The notes under the pieces were generated by a model. It was not told the origin of the DNA, ran no database searches, and saw only the letters and a list, made by a program, of their open reading frames with translations. From Phaeosaccion multiseriatum (Eukaryota; Protista; Ochrophyta, other classes), in the NCBI GenBank assembly GCA_965112735.1, contig OZ218952.1, positions 496,001 to 560,000 on the forward strand: 64,000 nt of DNA, read 5' to 3'. Shown in pieces: positions 40,979-53,100 of this stretch (its first letter is position 1; each line of letters begins with the position of its first letter). The translations under genes and the position numbers were made by a program.

Positions 40979-41620
40979 CGCCTCGCAAGAGTAAGGGAGA
41001 TGGATGCGTGAGAGAAAGTGAATGGGTGGGCATGAGATGTGTGGGTATGCATGACTTCATTCAGGGCATGATTGGGTGTGTTGAGGGCAGAGCATGTCAG
41101 TGGAGTAGTGTGGGTGCGTGCATGCGTGCATGCGTGCATGCGTGTATGCGTGTATGTGCGCGTGCGTGCGTGTGTACGGCGGATATGATTCACCTGTGTT
41201 TGCCGTGGGGTGATGGTGTTGGTGTTGCATCCCACTCTTTCTAACTCTTCTCCTCTTGCTTCCAATACGAACGCGGCAGCAGGGGCCGAAGCAGCAGCAG
41301 CAGCAGCAGCAGCAGGAGGAGGAGGAGGAGGCTCTAGCTCCGGGTCTGCTCCCAGCAGTACCTCAGGATCTGCATCATCGTCGAAGCCAGAAGCCCCCTC
41401 AGAGTCGGCGACTGTGGGATACAGAGGGGTGGCAGAGGTGGCAGCAGCGGCAACGAAAGGAGCAGCAGCAGCCGCTGCAGTTGGTGGCACAGCAGCAGGA
41501 GCAGTAGCAGCAAGCGGGGCGTCGGCACTGGCGAAGGGATCATCTTCACCGCAAAAACAGCCCCCTGCAGATGTTGCTCTTAAACCCCCCACGGAATCCT
41601 CTCCGCTGCCTGCAACATAG
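35936..41620 (+). CDS. ADA2: Transcriptional adaptor ADA2 (SAGA): ZZ zinc finger, SANT, ADA2 central domain, SWIRM; ~8 exons; long RD/S-rich N-terminus
   Basis: [91 protein letters not shown]. Confidence 0.95.
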
Positions 41621-42303
41621 TGATGCCTCCATAGTACAGAGCTGCCTCCTGCCTCCTGCCTCCTGCCTCCTGCTGGGGGTGCGACATGGGGGACATGGAG
41701 GCTTCTATAGACTCTATACTAATAGCACTATTGTAGGCGATCTCGTACGTGCTCCGGAGTGTGGGGATGAAAAGGAGGCAGGAGGCAGCGGGTGGGAGGA
41801 GTCCCCATGCTTTATGCGTGTCTCTGGAGCCTTTTGTGTGAGAGCCTTCTTTTTTTGGGGGGGGGGGGTCTGGAATTACTATTACCACTTTTACTATTAC
41901 CCGCGCCTCGCTCATCACCACCAGCCACCACCCAGCCAGAAAAGGAGAACAAGGAGAGGGGGAGAAGAAGGAGATGGAGAGGGGAGACGGGAGGTGAGAT
42001 GAGGGCGAAGACGATCAGAGCAAGAGGAGGAGGCATTATCATCTACAGGTTAGGGTGGGATGGCCCATCCGCACGTCCCTTACCTTACTTCTCAACGGCC
42101 TCTTGATCAACAAGCCCTACACACGGAAGGGGGACGGCCTTTGGACAGCAGCAGAACAGTACAGAGCAGTACAGATGGGACAGAAAAGATTGAGCGAAAA
42201 TGCATAGGCGTTTATAGTCGCGATCTGTCACATTCCCCTGCTGTCGGGCCCTCCCTTACTTGTTCGGCAAGTCCTACACCCGCCTTGGGGAGCACCTTGG
42301 AAC

Positions 42304-45300
42304 ATGGGAGGGGACCTGGGGGGGGGACCAGTGTTCTCCCCTTATTCTAAAGTAGTACAGCACTTCAAGAGGCGAGCAGTGGGTACAAGTGGCAACCAGG
42401 GCATGCCTGTCAGTCGAGGAGGAGGAGGAGGCGGAGGAGGAGGAGGAGGAGGCGGAGGAGGAGGAGAGTGTGATAATCGTGGAAATGGATACATGGGGGG
42501 GCGGCTGGCTAAGGGCAGAGGAGGTGGCAGAGGGACTGGAACAGCAGCAGTGGCGGGGGCAGGGGCGGGGACGAGCGGACGGCGCTCCCCAAAGTGGCAG
42601 CAGCACCTGAAGGGACTTAGAGCGAGACATTTCTCCCGACGGAGGATCCTAAGGACGCTGACGATACTATTTGGTGCGTTGGTACTGGGCATTGTAATCG
42701 TTCGCTCTGTGGGGCGCTATTTCAGAGGGTACAAGGTGGCCTGGAAGGGCGGACAGTGCAGCAAGAGAAGCAGGGAGGCCAAACGCTTCCCATGGAGCGC
42801 AAGCGACCTCGATGAGATTGAACGAGTGGCACGCTCATTGTCTGCGGAGACGGCTGAGGAAGCGGGTCGACACGGAGACGGCGGCGGACCAATAATGACT
42901 CTGCGGGACGTGGACCACAAGGTACCCGGCGCGATTAGTCATATATGCGCATGCCGAGCGGAAACCTGGTACGGAGCGGCCACTTCGATTGCCGAGGTCT
43001 TGGCCTTGCGAAAGAAGGAGGCGGGGGCGATGCTTGCTCAGTACAGGGAGGGGAGCTACTTCGTGGCGGCGAATCTCCACGACAACGCTGCCGTTTTCCC
43101 CAGCTGGCAGAGGGAGTTGGTGAAGCTCGTTGCCATGCTGGAGAACGTCGACGGTGGCAATGTGTTTGTGTCTATTTATGAGAGTGGCAGCACAGACGAT
43201 ACCAAGCGTCTCTTGCGCCTCCTGGAGAAGGAGCTGACCGCAATGGGTGTACCGCACTCTGTCCAAACCACCGATGTGGTGAGGGGGGAGGGGGAGGACC
43301 GCATCCCCTTCTTGGCTTCGATGCGGAACCGCGTGCTACAGCCGCTGTACCAGAGCAGCAGCACCTTTGACCAGGTGCTCTTTCTGAACGATGTGTACTT
43401 TTGTGCGGAGGATATGCTCTCACTCGTCCACCAAACCAGAGGCGACGAGGAAGAGCCAAGAGGAGGAGGAGGAGGAGGAGGAGGGTGGGGTGGTAAGGGG
43501 AAGGGTAGCAGCGCAACGGCAAGAACCAGGGAGGGTAGGGGCGGGGGGGCGGACATGGCGTGCTCCACAGACTGGATTGGCAAGAAGCCGGGTTGCAAGA
43601 ACTGTGCAGACTTTCGCCTGTACGACATTTGGGTAGGGATGGACGTGGATGGGTACAAGTTTATGAACGAGCCACCGTACATTCACCACCGGACAGGGAG
43701 GAAGCGTTTGAAGGAGGGTCACCCTTTCCAAGTGTTTTCGTGCTGGAACGGCATGGTGAGCATCGACGCCGACATATTCCAACAGGACTTGCTGCGAATA
43801 CGAGCCGGCCGGGAGGGTCTCGAGTGTGCGGCGTCCGAGTGCGAGCTGCTGGCAAGAGACCTGTGGGAGATTGGGAGGGGCAGGGTGGTGGTGGTACCGT
43901 CGGCGGTGGTGGCGTACGACTTTAGCGTCTTTGTGGACAAGCCGCGGCACGAGGTGCAGCTGGGACGAAAGGCACCGATTCGTGGGTACCAAGACGTGTA
44001 CCCCAAGAGGCTGGTCTGCTGTCCCTTGCCCAAGGGACAGGACTCGTTTGACACATGCTTCGATGACACGGTGTGGAGGGCAGTGTATTCCATCGATGGT
44101 GTCCCTCGGGCGGCGTCCAGGGGGGACATGGAGGCCACCACAACCACACGGAAGGAGGAGAGGGACGACGCCAACAACGGTAGGGACGAGCGGTCGAGAG
44201 ACTTGACCTTCCACGATATGGCAGCGGGCATGAAGAGGGAAGGGGGTGATGAGTTCACGTGTAGTAGAGCGCAAATGGCGGCAACGAGACAAAGGCTGAG
44301 TGAGTACGCCATCCCGCCCCTCGTCATGCAGAGCGGGCGTTCGAACCTCGTCGCGGATTACTCTTTTGAGGTACTGCGGGGGCCCATCGCGTGGATGAGT
44401 CTGCACCCTTGCTATGACTTTGTGTTTTTGGACGACGCGACGATACATGCCTTTGTGCAGGAGCACTACCCACAGTTCTTGCCCTTGTTGGAGTCGTCGT
44501 CAACACCACCTCTGGGCAAGGAGCGAGAGGGAGAGGGGCAGGGGGAGAAGGAGAAGGAGAAGAAGGAGACGCGGTTGTCAGATGCAGCAGGAAAAGTGAG
44601 GAACGGAGGAGAGCTGGCGGACTTTGCTCGCTACCTCTTTATGTTCCACATGGGAGGGGTGTACGCCGACATTGACACGTTGCCAGTGCGACCCATCTCG
44701 GGCATGCTGGACCCCATGGATACGTTTGTGGTGGGGCTGGAGAGCGACTTTACCTCCGACGACAAGGCGAGAGAGTGGGCCTATGCACGGGCGCGCTCAC
44801 TCTCCCTCCACGCCTTTGCCGTGGCGCCGAAGAACGATATCATGTGGAAGGTGGTGACGAAGGTGGCGGGCAACCTCGCGGACCCGCGGGGGGTGTATGA
44901 GGAGGTGCATCGGAGGGCGAGGGGCTCTGCACATCACTTGGAGACGATTTTTAAGACAGGGCCCGGCGTGTTTACGGACGTTGTGCTCGGCGCGGCCGGC
45001 GCCGGGGTGGTGGTCGAGGCTGGCGATAGTGGCAGTGTTGGTGGTGCTGGTGCTGATGAGAAGAACGAGGACAAGAAGGATGTCGTCCGGCTGTTGGGCA
45101 TCCCCGCATTTTCGTCCGGACATGTGCGTGGTAAGGACTTTTACTCCCTGCAGCGGCCCTCCTCACTGTCCAACTGCCCCACCTTTGTGCAGCACTTCAA
45201 CCTCGGCACTTGGCTGCGGTCTTGCAGGGGCAACACCATGCGGGCAGTGGCGTATGATTACATGCCGAGCGACACGTACTTGCAGACGGGGCAGTGGATG

Positions 45301-46357
45301 GCAGTGCATGTCAAGGCGTTGGCGTGGAGGGAGGAGCCGCTGTACGTGTACCCGCCGCTGTCGCGTGGGGCAGCCGGGGAGGGTGCCGTAGACACAGAGG
45401 AGGGGGAGGAAGAAGGAGGACCCTCCTCTGCTCTCATGTTCCTGCAGCTGTCTGCAGAGGGCTTTCTCGTCGCATGGCAAGGCTTGGGTCCCTTGGACCC
45501 CAACGCGAAAGAGATGTGGCGATTACCAGATCGGAATACGCGACCAATAGGAAGAGAAGGAGGTGGAGGAGAAGGTGAAGCAACAGCAGCAGCAGCAGCA
45601 GCAGGAGCAGCAGCAGCCGTCGGTGATAAGGCAGCATTTGCAGCGCTTCACGCCGCCAAGGAGGCAGAGGCGGAGGGGACGGGAGGGAAGGTTGTGCACT
45701 TCCTCCACCTGGAGGAGGGCGGAAACCTCTCTCTGCGCTTCTTTGTGGAGGGTGACTACTGGGATCAGGCCGCCTGCAAGAGGAGTATGGAGGAGAGCGT
45801 GGCGCTGTGGGATGCGAGTTGGTTGTCCGGTGGCCCCGGTGGTGATGGTAGTGGTAGTGGTGGTGGTCGTCAGGGCGGCGACAAGAAGGAGGGGAAGGGA
45901 AAGAACAAGAAGAAGGGCTCCGGTGGGGGAGGTGGTGGTGATGGAGGGGGCTACTTTGCCGTCCTGCGACCCGACGGCCGCCTGGCCACTTATGCAGGGA
46001 GGCGGCCCCTCGATCTTGCGTGGGAGCGCTATTTCCCAGCGGAGCAGGGGTTCTGCCAACACCCACACGACGAGGAGCAGCAGGAGCAGCAGCAGCAGCA
46101 GCAGCAGCCTTCGCAGTTGGTGATACAGCGGTGGCAGGGACAGGGTATGCGGCCGGGAGACTGGCTCGGCTCTGGGGAGGTTGCCGTGTTGCCATCACGC
46201 TTTGACAGCGGGAAGGTTGGCGACGGCTTGGCCCTCGTGCAGCACCACCACGGCGCCCTGTGCGCACACCACAGCAGCTACAGTAGCACCCTCCTCTCGT
46301 CCCTCTCCCTCAAGGAAGACGCAGCGTGGGGTAGGGGGGAACCTGCCGGCGCGACCG

Positions 46358-46396
<39 letters not shown>

Positions 46397-46926
46397 TGGT
46401 GGTACAGCAGCAGCTTGGGGACCTCAGCGCGGCTGTGTCTCAGGGCACGTCCCGGCCGTTTTGGTGTGCCACACGGGACGACCACACCGAGGCGAGCGGC
46501 AAGAAGAAACGGGCAGACGTGTATGTAACCGCCCTGCAGGAGGACGGAAACCTCTGCACCTACCTCAGTCGAGTTGGGGTAGACACCCAAGCAGCTCCAG
46601 TAGACGACGTACTAGACGGGGACCCAACAGCAGCAGCAGCTTCTGTACGGAGCCGTGGCGGGGGCAAGCATGAGCGAGAGAAGCATCATCATCATCGTCA
46701 CCACCTTCCTGCCCCTCCTCAGGAGGAAGTTCTGTGGTGTGCCTTCCCCGCCTCCTCGGCACTTCCACCGGGGCTGGCGGGGGTGTCTGTGGTGGTGCTG
46801 GCCTGGACACCGGGGCTCTTGACGTCAAGGCCGGCCCTGCAGTGGCTGGATGAAAGGGGGGGCGTCATTGCGGACTATGCCCTCAGTCGGGCCTTCTTTG
46901 GAGGGACTTATTACGCCAGCACCTGA
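42304..46926 (+). CDS. Intronless 1540-aa type II membrane glycosyltransferase fusion: CAP59/GT69-like mannosyltransferase + GT32 (OCH1-like DxD) + bulb-lectin-like C-terminus
   Basis: GT69: AANLHDN, VFVSIYESGS.D, FLA..RNRVL.PL, LFLNDV, YD.W, VFSCWNG, SEC.L. GT32: ADFARY..GGVYADID, TGPGVFT. Lectin-like: LEEGGNL, LRPDGRL, LQEDGNLCTY. Confidence 0.82.
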
Positions 46927-47250
46927 TAATATTAGAAAGAAGGGAAGAAGATGAAGAAGTATACACATAGAGTGAAGGTAAAGACAGGCATCCATGCGCG
47001 ATTGTTCGGAAGCCTGTCATGTGTCTTTCCGTGCCCCCCCCCCCCCCCCTCCCATTCCTGTCCGGTCCTCCTCGAAACCCTCGCACTTGACATCACAGCA
47101 GGGGCACTAGGAGGGCATGGCACTCTGTATAGCCACGTCGTACACTCATTCGTGTCAGTTACATTGGAGCAGTTACAGCACTGGCAGAAGGGGCAGGAGG
47201 GCGAGTTACTCTTACTCTTTAAAGAAACGCCGTACGTAAACTCGTGTCAG

Positions 47251-49095
47251 TTACACACGAACAGTGGCAGCAGTCACTCTGTATAGATACATGGGGCCCA
47301 GCGAAGCCACCTCCTGTGCAAAGGCCGCGTCGACTGCCGCCCCCCCCTCAGCAACCACGTTTACGCCATCTGTGGAGGAGTCGGTGGATGATGTCCTTCT
47401 CGCGCCGCCGCTACCCTTACCATTACCACGACCACTACTACAGCTGCTGCTGCTGCTGCTGCTGTTGCGCCTCTTGCTCTTGCTGTTGCTGTTCCTTACC
47501 GGGGGGGCGAAGAGCAGCTCCACACGGAAGGCACTTGGCTCCCTCTCCAGCAGCGCTATGAACTTTTCGTGAACGCGGTTGGGCCTCTCCTTCGCACAGA
47601 GGTAGCACACTGCTGCGGTGTCTTGCACAGTTGCTTGTTGTGGAGGTGCTTGCTGCAGAGCTGCTCGTCGCGGAGGAGATGTGGGCTCCTTCTCGGCGTA
47701 AGAAGCTTCCACAGGGTCAGGGTCAGGGCCAGGGCCGGGGGCAGCAGAGCTATCAGCTGGGGTCTGTGATAGGAGGAGTCGCAGCGTCTCGAGCAAGGCT
47801 CCGTGCGAGCTTTCGCAGTAGATGATGTCCGCGCCCTGACAGGAAAGCAGGAGAGCAAGGGAGTGTGGGCGTCCGGCGAGCAGACAGGCAATAACCTGCT
47901 TGTTTCTTCGCTTCTTCCAACTCCGGCGCTCGAAATAAGCGCTCTCGCACGATACACACTCCCTCACTCACCCACCCACTCACTCGCCGGCTCCCTCACT
48001 CACTCACGCACTCACTCATTCACTCAGCTCAATCCCAGGTTAGTCACCCCCTCACACCACCAACTCGCTCACTCACTCACTCACTCACTCACTCACTTAT
48101 TTCACTCACTCACTCCCTCCCTCACTCACTCACTCACTCACTCACTCATTTACTCATTCACTTCCTCACTCTGTCACGTTTTCACTCACCCCCCCCCCCT
48201 TCACTCCCTCCCTCCATCACTCACTCCCTCACTCGCTCCTTCACTAACTCACTCACTCGCCCACCCACTCTCCATCACTCACTCACTCACTCGCCCACTC
48301 ACTCTGTCCCTCACCGCCTCCCTCCCTCCCTCACCAGAATGAGTTTGAATTTGCCCTGGAACGCCGCAGCAGCCTTCCCCCAGGGGAGGGCAAGCACAGT
48401 GGGTTTCTTAGCCTGGGTGTGTGCGTGCGTGCGCGTGTGCACATTGCCGTTGGACACCGAAAGGGGAGAGAGCGAGACAGCCGGGAGGGTGACATGGAGA
48501 GGAAGGAGGGCAGAGAGGGGGGCGGGAAGGAAGAAAGGGAAGAGAGAAACAAGGGGAAAAGGAGGGAAAGCCACCAGAAGACGCGTGAGTACGCTGTTGA
48601 CTGACGGAAGAGTGGAGGCGAGCTCTGCCGGCACAGGGGTGCAATTGTGAGTGGAAGATACGCTCGTCTACAAGAAGCATGGCGAGGCGTAGTGGAGGAG
48701 GAGGAGGAGGAGGAGGAGGAGGAGGAGGAGGAGGAGGAGAAGGAAACATAGATACACTACACTGCCTGCTCCACTGCCTGATGCTTCTACTGGTGGTGAT
48801 GGTGGGGTACCACTCCATCACACATACACACACACGCGCACACACACGCACACACACAAGCACAAACCTGGAGTAGTGCGTCGCCCGTGAGCCCTGAGAA
48901 AGTCGCGTCAACGTTGTGCCGAAGCAGTGGCAAGGCTCCCTCCAAGTCGGTGAGGCACACGTGCGGCACTCCCAGCAGAGAGAGCGTCAGACCGGCAAGG
49001 CCCGTACCTTTGTTGTACACAGGGCATACGCAGGGCACAGATGGAAGAGAGGGTGATGGGGAGTCGTTTTGTGTGTGCCTCAGGGATGGGTGCTT

Positions 49096-49160
<65 letters not shown>

Positions 49161-49704
49161 AAGGTGGGAAGTCACTGCCTACCTGCCCCAAGCTCGAGTA
49201 CAGGAGTGTGGTGCTGTACGAGGCAAGCCGCCTCCGCGAAGAAGCCACTCGTGTCCTGGAGTGAGAGAGGGTAGAGGGGATCACGAAGAAACGAAGGCGG
49301 GGTAGATGATGGAAACAAAGTCAGCTATAAAGGAGTGGAGCTTGTGCGTGCTCTTCTAACACACAATAAAGTCACGGCTGTGGGCTTCCTGAGCTGTATG
49401 TAAGCTACGATCAGGTAAAGTCCACCCAATACCCCCCCTCTTTTTTTCTCCTCATCGATCCTCATGGTGCTCATGCATCAGAACCATGCCCACGTACCTG
49501 TAGGAAGGAGTGGAGCCACACGCTGGCCTCCCAAACCGTGTTGCTGAAGTGCTCTGTCCCCTGCCACTCCGTCTCCATCACATCTTGGTGCTGCACTACC
49601 GTCCCGCCGCCCCTCACGGGGAAGAGCAGACACGGAGCCGCCTCCCTGGGCCAGATGTCTGCGAAGCTGCACGCGTTGTCATCATCGTCTGGTTCCTCGC
49701 TCAT
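47251..49704 (-). CDS. METTL21/EFM-like protein-lysine methyltransferase (Methyltransf_16); ~5 exons
   Basis: TVWEASVWL, VLELGA|GTGLAGL, V.LTDL..LPLL..NV, L.WG, ILGADIIY motifs across spliced exons. Confidence 0.88.
47960..48310 (+). repeat. Intronic (CACT)n imperfect microsatellite
   Basis: cactcact run. Confidence 0.85.
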
Positions 49705-50134
49705 GTGCTCTCAGCCACCACAGGAAAGTGGCTGCCTCATGCTCTCTCTCTCTCTCTCTCTCTCTCTCCCTTTCTCTCCCTCTGAAGAGGGGATGTTCGT
49801 TGCCGCCCGTGATGAGAACCTCCTCTTTTTCGACGCTGACCGTTCTTCTTCGATTCAGACACTGTCTTCCTCCATCACCTTGTTCGCTACTTCTCCGCTG
49901 CTCCTTCTCTGCTGGGAGAAGGTTTGAAGCTTTGTGAGAGAGTGTCAAAAGAGTGTCCTTCACCTGTTGGTGATTCAGGTTATTCTCGTTTATATCCTCC
50001 TTTCTATAAGGCAAGTTCCTTCTATAAACCCGCACTCCTCCAAACCTAAACCCTCGTTTGCGCTTTTGCATCGAGGTGGGCCGACAGTCGTGCAGCGCAG
50101 GACGGCGCAAACTCAGCGCATGCTGCATACAGCC

Positions 50135-53100
50135 ATGGTGGACGTAGAAACGCAGGACCTTAGCGTAGAAGCGCGGGAGCGTGCGGCACTCGAGGCCTTC
50201 AGAGCCACAGGCGACGGAGAGGGATGGCAAATGATAAATGGATGGAACCAGGCCCACATACCTCTACGGGAGTGGGATGGAGTTGGGGTACATGAGAATG
50301 GACATGTGGTGAGTCTCAACCTTCATACCAATGGGATCATAGGTAAGAAGGGAGGCAGGAAGGGGGAGAGGGGGGGGGGGGGCGGGAGATCGATGAGCAG
50401 GGCTGAATGGGCCGAGGCTAATATATAGCGGAGGCAGTGACTTGGGGCTTGCACTGCTGGATTGATGTGCGATTGTCTTTCAGAGTTTGGAGGGTGGGGC
50501 TGCGTATGAACAAGAAGAACTTTCCCTCCTGTATGGTACAGGGAGCATTCCGTCAGAGCTGGGAAATGTGACCAACTTGATGTCTCTTGATCTCAGCTAA
50601 TTGCTACGAGACCATCGGAAGGTTTGGGTCACAGCAGAGTATTTAGGGAGTGGATGGGGCTTGATGTCTGTAGTGCATTAAGTACCAAGTTCTCCCCTGC
50701 CCCTTGCCCATTCCGTCCGAGTTGGGGCGGCTGACCAATTTGACACACTTTCACCTCTGCAGAAACAGAACTAAGCAGTATAGACCATCGAAAGGTTTGG
50801 GTCACGGCAAAGCACCTTATTTCTATTTGGAGGGAGGGATGGGGCTTGATATTTGTCGTGCATGCATGACCAAGAGCTTTTCCTCCTCAACGCAGGGCAC
50901 ATTCCATCGGAGTTGGGGGAGCTGACCAACTTAAAGACCCTAAACCTCGAATACAACGAGCTCACAGGTAAGTGGCACCAGACCATCGGAAGGTTTGGGA
51001 CTGAAGGATGGGGCTTGATATTTGTCGTGCATTTATGACCAAGAGCTTTTCCTCCTCAACGCAGGGCACATTCCATCGACCTTGGGGAAGCTGACCAACT
51101 TAAAGACCCTAAACCTCGAATACAACAAGCTCACAGGTAAGTGGCACCAGACCATCGGAAGGTTTGGGACACGGCAAAGCACCTTCTTTCTTTAGGATGG
51201 GGCTTGACATTTGTCGTACATGTATGACCAAGACCTTTTCCTCCTCAACGCAGGGCACATTCCATCGAAGTTGGAGGAGCTAGCCAAGTTAGAGGTCCTA
51301 AACCTCGGCCACAACAAGCTCACAGGTAAGTGGCACAAGACCATCGGAAGGTTTGGGACACGGCAAAGCACCTTTTTCTGTTTGAGGGAGGGATGGGGCT
51401 TGATATTTGTCGTGCATGTATGACCAACAGCTTTTCCTCCTCAACGCAGGGCACATTCCATCGGAGTTGGGGAAGCTAGCCAACTTAGAGTTCCTAAACC
51501 TCAACGGCAACACGCTCACAGGTAAGTGGCACGAGACCACCGGAAGGTTTGGGACACATCTTTTTCTTTTTTTTGTGTAGGATGGGGCTTGATATTTGTC
51601 GTACATATTGAACAAGAGCTTTTCCTCCTCAACGCAGAGCACATTCCATCGAAGTTGGGGAAGCTAGCCAACTTAGAGACCCTAGACCTCAGCAGCAACA
51701 AGCTCACAGGTAAGTGGTATGAGTCCATCGGAAGGTTTGGGACACGGCAAAGCACCGTATTTCTATTTGGAGGGAGGGATGGGGCTTGATTTGTCGTGCA
51801 TGTATGACCAAGAGCTTTTCCTCCTCAACGCAGGGGGCATTCCATCGGAGTTGGGGGAGCTAGCCAAGTTAAAGCTCCTAAGCCTCAGCAACAACGAGCT
51901 CACAGGTAAGTGGCACCAGACCATCGAAAGGTTTGGGACACGGCAAAGCACCTTCTTTCTAATTTGGTGTAGGATGGGGCTTGATATTTGTCGTGCATGT
52001 ATGATTAAGAGCTTTTCCTCCTCAACGCAGGGGACATTCCATCGAAGTTGGGGGTGCTAGCCAAGTTAAAGAAGTTCGGGGTGCCAGCCAAGTTAAAGTC
52101 CCTATACCTCGACAACAACGACCTCACAGGTACGTGGCACGAGACCATCGGAAGGTTTAATTTGTCGTGCATGTATGACCAAGAGCTTTTCCTCCTCAAC
52201 GCAGGGCACATTCCATCGGAGTTGGGGGAGCTAGCCAAGTTAGAGATCCTAAACCTCAACAACAACGCGCTCACAGGTAAGTGGCATGAGACCATCGGAA
52301 AATTTGTCGTGCATGTATGACCAAGAGCTTTTCCTCCTCAACGCAGGGCATATTCCGTCGGAGTTTGGGAAGCTAGTCAACTTAGAGAGCCTAAACCTCA
52401 GCCGCAACAAGCTCACAGGTAAGTGGCACCAGACCATCGGAAGGTTTGGGACACGGCAAAGCACCGTATTTCTATTTGGAGGGAGGGATGGGGCTTGATT
52501 TGTCGTGCATGTATGACCAAGAGCTTTTCCTCCTCAACGCAGGGAGGATTCCGTCGGAGTTGGGGCGACCGCCACAGTTGAGAAAGCTTGACCTCAGCGA
52601 AAACGAGCTCACAGGTAAATGGCACGAGACCATGGGAAGGTTTGGAACAGTGATTTGTCGTGCATGTATGACCAAGAGCTTTTCCTCATCAACGCAGGGC
52701 ACATTCCATCGGAGTTGGGGAAGCTGACCAACGCGTGGCAGCTTTGGCTCGGCCACAACCAGCTCACCGGTAAGTAATAGTAGGCGAAACAAGGCGCATT
52801 GACTTGATCGCCTGTGACCAAACTCCACAGGGATTCGTTTGCCTCGCCTCTCGTGTTTTCTCACAGCTAACCTCCTTGTTTTTCAGGATTTGATAGGGCG
52901 AGGGATGTTTCCATTGAGGCTCTCGGAGCTCTGCTGGATGCGAGGTTAGAAAGCTTCGAGGGCAATCCGTTCACTTCCCCCCCGCTGGCCCTCGCGGGAA
53001 ACAGAGAGGCCCTCAAAACTTACTACGAGGACCTGGACAGCTCCGATGCACCAACGGACTTGAAGATTGCAAAGGTCCTGCTCCTCGGGCATCAGGGGAT

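Noticed and set aside
50896-52769. CRISPR-like repeat/spacer appearance
   Set aside because: The repeats are GT-AG introns and the variable parts are homologous LRR exons; eukaryotic context and no cas genes
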